From IMG/VR virus record IMGVR_UViG_3300017909_003568, positions 1 to 35,753 of that record: 35,753 nt of DNA; one strand, written 5' to 3'. A program made the translations under genes and the position numbers. The stretch's first letter is position 1, and every line of letters starts with the position of its first letter. Below are positions 18,247-26,800 of this stretch, piece by piece. This DNA is from a virus. Taxonomy: Duplodnaviria; Caudoviricetes. The notes beneath the pieces were generated by a model, which was not told the DNA's origin, did not search any database, and saw nothing but the letters and a program-made list of their open reading frames with translations.

Positions 18247-18524
18247 AAATAAATAATATGACTAAAGGTGAATGGGGTAAAGTTAGAGCTTACTTTGATG
18301 TAGTAAGTGAAGATGGTTTTACTCTTAAAGGTTTCAAATTAATACAAGCCAATGATATGTTTGTAGGCTTTCCTAGTCAAAAAAACAAAGATGGTGAGTA
18401 TAAAAATACAATCTATGCAGACAAGGTTGTGCAGCAAAAACTTAATAAACTAGCAATAGATTATTACAACAACAACTCAAATAATCAAAGTGTATCATCA
18501 CAATCTGATGATATTCCATTTTAA
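18243..18524 (+). CDS. SpoVG-fold nucleic-acid-binding protein with an SSB-type acidic tail
   Basis: KVRAYFDV...FTLKGFKLIQ...MFVGFPSQKNKDGEYKNT (SpoVG pattern); ends in a disordered linker and DDIPF. Confidence 0.7.
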   Translation: MKINNMTKGEWGKVRAYFDVVSEDGFTLKGFKLIQANDMFVGFPSQKNKDGEYKNTIYADKVVQQKLNKLAIDYYNNNSNNQSVSSQSDDIPF

Positions 18525-18541
18525 ATAAGGGAGAATAAAAA

Positions 18542-18811
18542 ATGGTAAGAACTACATCTATAATTGCTTACAATGAACTAAAGGGATCTGGTAAGCAACC
18601 GAAACAAAAAGACATCATCTTGGATGTTCTTAAAAAAAGTGTAAGTCCATTAAGTTTACAAGAAATATGCAACAAGACTGGTTTTGCTATTAATGCAGTT
18701 TCTGGAAGAGTAAACGATTTGAAAAAAGCAAACCAAGTAGTTGAAGCTGAAAAAAGAAAATGTTCAGTTACTTGTAAGACTATCACACCAGTAAGAGCAT
18801 TGATATTTTAA
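18542..18811 (+). CDS. Winged-HTH DNA-binding protein
   Basis: LSLQEICNKTGFAINAVSGRVNDLKK. Confidence 0.7.
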   Translation: MVRTTSIIAYNELKGSGKQPKQKDIILDVLKKSVSPLSLQEICNKTGFAINAVSGRVNDLKKANQVVEAEKRKCSVTCKTITPVRALIF

Positions 18812-19299
18812 TGCAAGTATTAATTAGAGAGGGCAAAGGTAAACAGCCTATTTGGGTAGACTTGAAAACTTTCTTGGGTTTAGTGGGGACTAAAAAGAAG
18901 AAAGCTACTGCAAAGCCCTCTCTTTTAAATACAGAAGATTTTGATAAATGGTGGAACTTATATAGTAAAAAATGTACTAAACGTGAATCTATGAATTGGT
19001 GGGCTAAAAAGATTACTCCAGATCTGGTAAATAAGATTATGGAACATACAAAGCTATATGTTGAAAGTACTGAGAAAAAGTTTAGGCTTGATCCAATAAG
19101 ATACCTAAAAAGAGAAAAATGGAATGATGAGATTATTAAGCAAGATAAAAGAATTGATATTAAAGAATATAAACATGACACAACTGGAATGCCTATGGGT
19201 AAGTGTGAAAAATGTGGTAAAAAAGATACTTATCTTAATCAATGGGAGCTTTATCAAGGCAGTCGTTGTTGTGTTGCAAAGGTACTACCATTTAATTAA
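18811..19299 (+). CDS. Replication-initiator-like protein (C-terminal domain type) with a Cys-rich tail
   Basis: FDKWWNLYSKK...DPIRYLKREKWNDE; CEKC...RCC. Confidence 0.6.
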   Translation: MQVLIREGKGKQPIWVDLKTFLGLVGTKKKKATAKPSLLNTEDFDKWWNLYSKKCTKRESMNWWAKKITPDLVNKIMEHTKLYVESTEKKFRLDPIRYLKREKWNDEIIKQDKRIDIKEYKHDTTGMPMGKCEKCGKKDTYLNQWELYQGSRCCVAKVLPFN

Positions 19300-19307
19300 G
19301 AGGTTAT

Positions 19308-19445
19308 ATGGAAAACGAAATATTAATTAATAAATTAAATAAAGATTTACAAATAGCTATACAAGGATTAGAAGCTATTATTAATGAATCTAATGATGCT
19401 ATAGCAGTTAAAATAGCAGAAGATACATTAGAAATTATAAATTAA
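19308..19445 (+). CDS. 45-aa hypothetical protein; not in the ORF track
   Basis: GAGG SD; MENEILINKLNKDLQIAIQGLEAII... Confidence 0.55.
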   Translation: MENEILINKLNKDLQIAIQGLEAIINESNDAIAVKIAEDTLEIIN

Positions 19446-19450
19446 ACTTA

Positions 19451-19516
19451 TAGGGTAGGTATTATACCGCAGAGTTTCGCACACTCAGTCGTCTCCTCCT
19501 TGAGAAGCCTACCCTA
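19451..19516 (+). other. Intergenic three-way-junction RNA structure A
   Basis: Outer stem TAGGGTAGG/CCTACCCTA enclosing GAGT/ACTC and TCTC/GAGA hairpins; CTCCTCCTT tract. Confidence 0.55.
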
Positions 19517-19533
19517 AAATTTTGGGAGTATGT

Positions 19534-19752
19534 ATGAGAAAATGTAGCCATTGTAAAGAAAAGAAACCTATAACTGAATTTAATAGAGGTTCTGATAATA
19601 GGAGTTTTTTATGTAGGTTATGTCAAAATGTTTACAATACTAAAAAGTTGGCTAAAAACAAGCAAAAAATACTTGCTGCAACTAACAATGGTAAATGCTG
19701 GTGGGTTTACCAATCAATTATAGCTGATCAAAGTTTCAAAAGGAGAAAGTAA
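19534..19752 (+). CDS. Zinc-finger protein
   Basis: GGGAG SD before ATG 19534; CSHC...CRLC. Confidence 0.65.
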   Translation: MRKCSHCKEKKPITEFNRGSDNRSFLCRLCQNVYNTKKLAKNKQKILAATNNGKCWWVYQSIIADQSFKRRK

Positions 19753-20072
19753 TGCCGAACAAAAGTAAAGCTAAAGGTAATAGATTTGAAAGAGAAATAG
19801 TAAAAACTTGTGAATTACATGAAGTAGAAGCAACTCGTGCCTACGGAAGTGATGGTAGGTCGCTAGGAATGCACTCAGAGGTCGATGTGTTGATTTTAGG
19901 TGGTATTCAAGGCAATATAAAAGTTCAAGCTAAATGTAGAAATAAATTACCAGCATACATAAAGCCTAATGAAAATGTTTCGATACAATGCATCAAAGAG
20001 GACAGAGGTCAAATCTACGTTGTACAACAATTTGATGATTGGTTATTAATGTTAAAAGAAAGCATAGATTAA
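19752..20072 (+). CDS. Holliday junction resolvase (Hjc-like PD-(D/E)XK)
   Basis: SKAKGNRFEREI, EVDVLI, KVQAK. Confidence 0.8.
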   Translation: MPNKSKAKGNRFEREIVKTCELHEVEATRAYGSDGRSLGMHSEVDVLILGGIQGNIKVQAKCRNKLPAYIKPNENVSIQCIKEDRGQIYVVQQFDDWLLMLKESID

Positions 20073-20137
20073 GAGATAGGTGGTAGTTTCATTTCATTTC
20101 TACCTTTAGAGTTTCCCTTATTCTCACTATCTCTTAA
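20069..20137 (+). other. Intergenic three-way-junction RNA structure B
   Basis: Outer 11-bp stem TTAAGAGATAG/CTATCTCTTAA enclosing GGTAG/CTACC and GAG/CTC hairpins with pyrimidine-rich loops. Confidence 0.55.
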
Positions 20138-20149
20138 AATTGGAGAATT

Positions 20150-20353
20150 ATGATAAAAAAAGAATTAGATTTTATATACATAACAACAGATGGTTCAAAA
20201 TTTATGCATAAAAAAGAAGCAGAATTTTGGCAAGATCATTTAGATAGAATAGATGTGCAAATACTTAAAGACTATGAAGCACATGATCAGCAAAAAGAAA
20301 GTAAAGTAACAAACATAACAAATAAATGGATAAATAAAATAAAAGGGGAATAA
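20150..20353 (+). CDS. Hypothetical protein
   Basis: GGAG SD; YITTDGSKF motif. Confidence 0.6.
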   Translation: MIKKELDFIYITTDGSKFMHKKEAEFWQDHLDRIDVQILKDYEAHDQQKESKVTNITNKWINKIKGE

Positions 20354-20443
20354 ATGATATTAATGATATTATTGATTTTACTTGTATTAACTTTAATGAA
20401 AACTATGGTAGAATATGAGAAATGCAAAAATGAATTGGATTAA
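20354..20443 (+). CDS. 29-aa membrane peptide; not in the ORF track
   Basis: AAGGGG SD; MILMILLILLVLTLMKTMVEYEKCKNELD. Confidence 0.45.
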   Translation: MILMILLILLVLTLMKTMVEYEKCKNELD

Positions 20444-20525
20444 TTTAATAATATACTTAGGTATGTTTTGGGTTGGATTATTATCTTGGTATTTAATAAT
20501 ACATTTAATTAGCAAATTATTTTAA
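20430..20525 (+). CDS. 31-aa membrane peptide; not in the ORF track
   Basis: MNWINLIIYLGMFWVGLLSWYLIIHLISKLF; stop coupled to the next ATG. Confidence 0.45.
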   Translation: MNWINLIIYLGMFWVGLLSWYLIIHLISKLF

Positions 20526-20791
20526 TGGCAGTAAAAAAAGATTACATAAAATACATAAAATCTAAACATTGCTTAGTTTGTGGTAGAACACCTGTAGATC
20601 CAGATCATCTAGAACATTTAGGTATGGGCGGATCGAACAAGGATGGTTTAAAAGATTACTCTTGTGTTCCACTTTGTAGAATGCACCATAGGTTTAGACA
20701 TGATGGTGGCACAGAAAAATTTGAAAAACGCTACAAAATAAACTTATGGAAAGAAGCATTTTATTTATTGAGAGGATATTTTGCCGAATGA
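20525..20791 (+). CDS. HNH-like Zn-binding putative nuclease (DUF968/Ref-like)
   Basis: CLVCG...DPDHL...VPLCRMHH. Confidence 0.7.
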   Translation: MAVKKDYIKYIKSKHCLVCGRTPVDPDHLEHLGMGGSNKDGLKDYSCVPLCRMHHRFRHDGGTEKFEKRYKINLWKEAFYLLRGYFAE

Positions 20792-20919
20792 AGGATGAGT
20801 TTACTGAAAGATTGTTAGATGCAGCTATGGAGTTTATTATTGAGATTGACAAGGGTAAACTATTTAAAGAATTTTTGAAGGAAAGAAAGGATATAGATCT
20901 TGAAATCAAAGAAAATTAA
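20788..20919 (+). CDS. 43-aa hypothetical protein; not in the ORF track
   Basis: GAGGA SD and ATGA coupling; MKDEFTERLLDAAMEFII... Confidence 0.5.
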   Translation: MKDEFTERLLDAAMEFIIEIDKGKLFKEFLKERKDIDLEIKEN

Positions 20920-22039
20920 GGGACACTTAGATTTATTTAGTGGTATAGGTGGCTTTTCTTTAGCACTAGAAAGATCTGGAATAAAACCTAATTGGATTGG
21001 GTTTAGTGATATAGATAAATATGCAAATGAAATATTTCAAAGGAGATTTAAAGATGCAGAAAGACTCGATGACATTACCAATGTTCGATGCGAAGACTTG
21101 CCAAAAGACATTGACTTGCTTACTGGAGGATTCCCATGTCAAGCATTTAGCCAAGCAGGGAAGCGATTGGCTTTTGAAGACACCAGAGGGACACTCTTTT
21201 ATGAAATTATACGGATTCTCAAATATTACATCGAGATTGAAAAGCCCATCAAACATTTTGTACTCGAAAATGTTAAAGGCTTATATAGTGCAGGAAATTA
21301 CACAGCATTTAGTACAATCTATAGCTTTCTCTCCGACATTGGTTATTCCGTTGAGTGCCAATTGCTTAATAGTAAGTTCTTCGGAGTCCCACAAAACAGG
21401 GAACGAATCTATTTCGTTGGTAGATATTCTCCAGGAGGAAGTAGACCAAAAGTATTTCCTATCAGACAAAATGCAAGAGAGGTTAGTAAGAATGGAGAAG
21501 TAAAGTTTAGCAATTCTGATCCAAGAGGTTTTGGTTGGAGAGATTTATCACCTACTTTAGCAGCAAGAGATTACAAAGATCCAAAATGGGTAAAACTAAA
21601 TAAGCCCGATCAGGTAGGTAAGGTGTGTGATGGTGATGGTGGTAGAGTATTTTCTACTAATGGTACATCTTGCACTTTAAAAGCACAAGGTGGTGGATGG
21701 GGAGCAAAGACTGGTTTGTATGAAGTTAAATCTTTAAACAAAAACCAAATTGATAAATTAAACAAAATGGAAGTTGATGAAAAAACTAGTGGAACATTAA
21801 CACAAGCAATAGGTAGAGGCGGATCTTCTAAAGAATATTTAGCAATGCTTAAAAGAAATCAAAAGATAACAGGACAAATTAGAAGATTAACACCAATAGA
21901 GTGTGAAAGGCTGCAAGGTTTTCCAGATAATTGGACAGAAGGACAATCAGATACTCAAAGATATAAACAATGTGGTAATGCAATAACTGTAAATGTTGCA
22001 GAGGCTATATTTAGAAAGTTATATGAAGTTCGCAGGTAA
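20900..22039 (+). CDS. DNA (cytosine-5) methyltransferase
   Basis: Motif I DLFSGIGG, IV GGFPCQAFS, VI LENVKGL, VIII PQNRERIY, IX RRLTPIECERLQGFPD, X YKQCGNAI. Confidence 0.96.
   Translation: MKSKKIKGHLDLFSGIGGFSLALERSGIKPNWIGFSDIDKYANEIFQRRFKDAERLDDITNVRCEDLPKDIDLLTGGFPCQAFSQAGKRLAFEDTRGTLFYEIIRILKYYIEIEKPIKHFVLENVKGLYSAGNYTAFSTIYSFLSDIGYSVECQLLNSKFFGVPQNRERIYFVGRYSPGGSRPKVFPIRQNAREVSKNGEVKFSNSDPRGFGWRDLSPTLAARDYKDPKWVKLNKPDQVGKVCDGDGGRVFSTNGTSCTLKAQGGGWGAKTGLYEVKSLNKNQIDKLNKMEVDEKTSGTLTQAIGRGGSSKEYLAMLKRNQKITGQIRRLTPIECERLQGFPDNWTEGQSDTQRYKQCGNAITVNVAEAIFRKLYEVRR
21054..21503 (+). CDS. Nested alternative-frame gene inside the MTase (149 aa; beta-subunit-like)
   Basis: AAGGAG at 21040-21045, 8 nt before ATG 21054; open +1 frame ending SLVDILQEEVDQKYFLSDKMQERL. 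Confidence 0.7.
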   Translation: MQKDSMTLPMFDAKTCQKTLTCLLEDSHVKHLAKQGSDWLLKTPEGHSFMKLYGFSNITSRLKSPSNILYSKMLKAYIVQEITQHLVQSIAFSPTLVIPLSANCLIVSSSESHKTGNESISLVDILQEEVDQKYFLSDKMQERLVRMEK

Positions 22040-22376
22040 GGTAGAAAAAGGTAAATTAACACTTGATGATTTATTCGCTTTTAAGGACTATTTAAAAGAG
22101 ATTGATGGTGATATTCATCTTGAAATAAAAAGTGCTGAAAAAGTACGTTCTCCACAACAAAATGCCTATTATAGAGTTATAATTAGGATATTATCTAAAG
22201 AATTAGGTTATGAAGAAGATGAGATGCATAAAGTGATCAAGGAAAAATACCAGATCAGCAGTACCAGACAACTATCCAAACCAGAATTTACCGAACTCAT
22301 AGAAAAGATTAAAAGATGGTCAGCCATAGATATGGGTATAGTATTACCTAATTCTAGGCAATCTCATCAATCGTAA
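22023..22376 (+). CDS. NinB-like recombination protein
   Basis: RSPQQNAYY...SSTRQLSKPEFTELIEKI...GIVLP. Confidence 0.7.
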   Translation: MKFAGKVEKGKLTLDDLFAFKDYLKEIDGDIHLEIKSAEKVRSPQQNAYYRVIIRILSKELGYEEDEMHKVIKEKYQISSTRQLSKPEFTELIEKIKRWSAIDMGIVLPNSRQSHQS

Positions 22377-23337
22377 TACTTACACTATATAAATTATGGG
22401 CTACTTGTCTTACGTTTAGAGTGTTTTCTCTAAAATTACATATAGAAAATTGGTCAGGATTGTTATTAGTATTGTCAGGTTGAAATATAAATGGCAGAGT
22501 ACCACCTAGTGTACAATTCCACACAAAATTAAAGCTATTATCTGACATCATAGGGTTTGGCTCTATATTTGTAAAATCTGTATCATCTGATACTATTGTG
22601 TTAGAAACCTCATGTTCAATCCACATATCACTTTCTGATATATAAGAAAATGTTAAGTTCCAACTTCTAAGTCCTTTACGACCTATACCACTTTTAACTT
22701 TTTGGTCAAATTGGCTACTGTCAGTAGTATCAAGTTCGAATGGTGGGTATTTATAAGTAGTACCATCAGGACCATTCATAGTCCATTCTGTTGGTCCATC
22801 ATAGTATATGTTAGCAAGTGTCTTACCACCTACAGTTTTTTGACGTTTAATACCATCAAATCGTCTTGACATTGTAAGGTTAAGGTCAGGCGAATTAGGA
22901 CAATTAAAATACTTACCTACCACAAAAGAACCTAATTGTTTTGAAGTTGCTTCTTCATTATCTTCTAACTGTTGTTCTATTGTGAACTTTTCCCAAACTT
23001 GATTATCTTCTGCAAATGTAAACATAGTTGTACCATTATACACCTTATCATAATTAATTACATTAGTTGTTGGTGGTATTTCAGTAGTATTACCTTTTAT
23101 TGCTAATGTAGTGCCTGCTAAATTGTGATTCAGTAAACCAACAAAATTAATTGGAAAAGATGTTTTTATGTTATTATCAGCACCTATTTGAAATGATGTT
23201 CCCAAGTAAGGATTTGCACAATTCATATATAATAATTCTGCACCACCATTATCACCATCCCAACCTAGTTGTCCTGTGGCGTGTAAAAATGTAGGCATAT
23301 CTACATAAAATCTTGGCGTTTTAACTTGTTTTCCCAT
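22354..23337 (-). CDS. Tail protein, probable distal-tail (Dit-like) protein
   Basis: C-terminal RSWNLTFSY...PFIFQP...YSVSITIDE pattern; last gene of the tail operon. Confidence 0.5.
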   Translation of the reverse strand: MGKQVKTPRFYVDMPTFLHATGQLGWDGDNGGAELLYMNCANPYLGTSFQIGADNNIKTSFPINFVGLLNHNLAGTTLAIKGNTTEIPPTTNVINYDKVYNGTTMFTFAEDNQVWEKFTIEQQLEDNEEATSKQLGSFVVGKYFNCPNSPDLNLTMSRRFDGIKRQKTVGGKTLANIYYDGPTEWTMNGPDGTTYKYPPFELDTTDSSQFDQKVKSGIGRKGLRSWNLTFSYISESDMWIEHEVSNTIVSDDTDFTNIEPNPMMSDNSFNFVWNCTLGGTLPFIFQPDNTNNNPDQFSICNFRENTLNVRQVAHNLYSVSITIDEIA

Positions 23338-23885
23338 TAATATCCTCCTGATCCTCCTGAACTAACACCACTTGTAGATGTTGTTGTTCTACGTCTTGTT
23401 TTAGTTTTTGTTTTATCTACTTTAGGCAATCCATAATCAGGCAGATTGTATGAAGTTATTGCAACTTTACCTTTTCTTCTTTTATCTTTAAAATTATCCC
23501 AAGTGTCTGCTTCTATATCCATAGACCAATTACTTGATCCCCAAGACAATCCACTCTTTGTAAATTTTTCTGTATATCTTTCTGCTTTATTGTTACAAGC
23601 AATAACGTCAATAACTTGCATAAAACCTTCATATGTAAATAATATTTGATTATTTAAAGTTAAATTATTTAATGTAAATATAATTATAGTATTATTGTTA
23701 CCTTGTAAATACCAACCATCTAGAAGTTGTGGTGTTATAACAGGTTTTCCTTCAAATTTTATTTGTAAACCTGCAACACCAGATAATGAATTTACATAAC
23801 ATTCGCCATCATCGCAGGATATAGTTACAATTTCTTCTAATCTAGTGTTTTTGTTGTATTTTTTATTTAAATCTATAACTTTCAT
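23337..23885 (-). CDS. Cohesin-like beta-sandwich protein with a basic, Ser/Gly-rich tail
   Basis: VAGLQIKF, GWYLQGNNNTIIIFTL, ILFTYEG, VIDVIAC strand pattern; coupled (TAATG) to the dockerin-bearing gene. Confidence 0.5.
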   Translation of the reverse strand: MKVIDLNKKYNKNTRLEEIVTISCDDGECYVNSLSGVAGLQIKFEGKPVITPQLLDGWYLQGNNNTIIIFTLNNLTLNNQILFTYEGFMQVIDVIACNNKAERYTEKFTKSGLSWGSSNWSMDIEADTWDNFKDKRRKGKVAITSYNLPDYGLPKVDKTKTKTRRRTTTSTSGVSSGGSGGY

Positions 23886-26800
23886 TAATTACCTAATATT
23901 TCTCCTACTAAAGTTACTACATCTAACACATTAACAATACCATCACCTGTTATGTCTGCATTATCGCTAACTTCTTGTTCTCCTAATATCATTTGCAATA
24001 AAATAACCACGTCTAATACATTAACTATTCCATCTTGGTTTATATCGCTAGATAAATCAGTATAAACACCATCTTGTGTAAATGTTAAATATTGAACATT
24101 ACTATCATTATATACTTTTATCATGTATGTGACTTCTATGACATCATCTTCTGAATCTAATTGAAAATCATATTTTTTAGATAAATCAACTTTTCCATTG
24201 TAATTATTTGCCATATTAGATATACTTTTTGTATGATTTATAATATTCATAGCTGAAGGTGCATTTTCTTCTGAATATATACCATTTTGTAATGGTTCTA
24301 TATTACTTTCTTCAGGAAATGTTATAGGATTGCCACTACTTGTATAAACATTAGTTACAAATATATCATAATCCCAATCCTGATCTAAATTTGTTACTAC
24401 ATTAGCTGTTATTGGATTTAATAAATTATTTCCATTTTCCCAACTAAATTGAAATGTTGGTAATTCAGGCTCATCAACAAACTCATCTACTACATTATCT
24501 TGATTGTAATTAGGATTATCAGTTGGATCACCTAAATCAAAATTACCTTGTCCATCATTACCTATAGTATCCACAACATTTTCATCTGCAAACATATCCT
24601 GATCAGGAAACCCATAGTCACCACGATGCATTTGAATAGCCTCAATAGTAACTTTGTCTAATGATTTTGATACTTTTGTAACAAAGAACACATCGTATAT
24701 ATACTGACCATTTCTTTGTTGTGGTTTTGTATAGTCATAACCGAAAGCAAGTTTATCACCTAAAAGCTGATCAAACTTAATATAATCTCCTACTTCTAGG
24801 TTAATATAACTTATTGGTAGTTGTAGTTTTGTTATTAAATGTTGATTAGCATACCAACATACTAACTTTTTTTGTAATTTTCTAGCTGTAATATCATCTC
24901 TAATGTAATCAGTTTCTACTTCTAATTTACATTCGTTAGTTTTTAATCCAAAATATTCAACATTATATTGATTTTCAGGTTGCCCTACATACATAAATTC
25001 AGATAAAGTATCTAAATTTTCATATGTATTACCATCATTGTCAATTAAAGGGTAGCCTGTTTCTTTGTCATATTCACCCGATGCATAATTTTTTTTGTAT
25101 TTTACATTTACTTGATTGTATATATCATCTATTTTTGTAAGTTCATACGAATAAGTAATTATATCTTGATTATTTAAAATAACAACGTCATCATATGATT
25201 CTATAATTTGTTTGTTTTCTAGAAATTTAAACTGTCCAAGCTCATTAAAGCTAGGTATAATTGTGGATGATTTAAACATATTTTCAAATACTTCTTTTGC
25301 TTCTTGCTGTTCATTTAATGTAAAAGCATATTGCCAATTATCTGTTGTATTTGAAAGTTGTGCCTCTCCCTCATAATTTAATTCTTCATTTAATATATCT
25401 AACATAATTTTATCTGCTTGTGTATATGGGTTTAATATGTTAGGTTCTACCATTTTAAATTGTAGTTCTATAGGTCCATAATTACCATATTCTACTGAAT
25501 TTCCACCAGGTAATTCAAAAAGTTTTATTTTATATAATCCTGTACCATCATCATATGGATATTGCCAATTTATATATGTTCCATCCCATATAGTAAAATC
25601 TTGTATTAATACATCCAATTGTATTTGATTATTATCAATAAAATTTTGCAAATATTGTGCAGAAGAAGCATTGTCAGATACATCTGTACCTAAAGTAAAT
25701 ATATATATTTTTTCACCTAAGTCATCTTCTGTAACTTCTACATTATGTACATTTATAAAATCTGAAACAACATTTTGATAATCTGATTGTGCTACTCTAC
25801 CTGCTACATCTAAATAAAAAGTTTCGTTTAAGGGATCAGTTATAACTGCATCTTGTAAAACCCAAGCATTGTATAATTGTGCTGCAACAAAACCTTCATC
25901 ATTACCTACTGTCGAACCTTTTTTAGGATATTGTGGTATACCAAATTGTACACTATTAAAATCAGTAGTTTTGTTAAAAGATTCTGATATAGCTTCACCA
26001 TTAAATACTGCTACTGATCTTTCTGTGCTATCTTGATTGTCATAATTTACTTGTTCAAAATCAGAATTAGGTATGTTAGGTGGATCTAAATTTAATAAAT
26101 CAGTTGCATATAAAGCATTTTCATCTTGTATACCTTGTTCTAATACAACTAAAAAATTATTAGTCCAAAATTTTGCTGGATATGCAAATCTAGAATTTTG
26201 TTGAGAACTCATATCACTTAAAGAATGATATTCTGCATCATAAATTAATTTAGTGACACAATCGTAGTTTCCTACATTTTCTTTTAATATAAGACGTATA
26301 TAAGCACCACCTGATTTATTGTATTCAGGTCTTTGTCCATCTACATTTCTTCCACATATATACAATCCATCGGTTATAGTGCCATTTTGTATTCTTATAG
26401 TAGGAAAAAATCCATCCCTATTGTTTTGTAACCATTGAGTATCAACAGCAGAAAAAACTCCACCATTTACATTTTCATTAGATAATGTAGGTTGCCACCA
26501 AGTTTGATCGCCATTACTCCAATTATCATCATAAGCATCTGTATTAAATATATGCTCTTTTTGATAAGGCTCAAATCCACCTGATTCACCACTAACAAAA
26601 TTGGTAAATCCATATATACGATTTATAGAATCAAGATTACCACCTTGAATATTGTCACAATATGTAAAACATTCAATTTTTTCTATAGGTCTATAGAATC
26701 TAGTTGGTAAACCATATAAACCTTGTAATGCTACTAAAGCATCAGAATTTATAACTATAGATGCAGATGTGTCATTACCATTACTTTGTTTAAAATTGTA

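Noticed and set aside
19474-19488. Second hammerhead on the minus strand (CTGAGTGTGCGAAAC)
   Set aside because: The core is CUGAGUG rather than CUGANGA, and stems II and III cannot form
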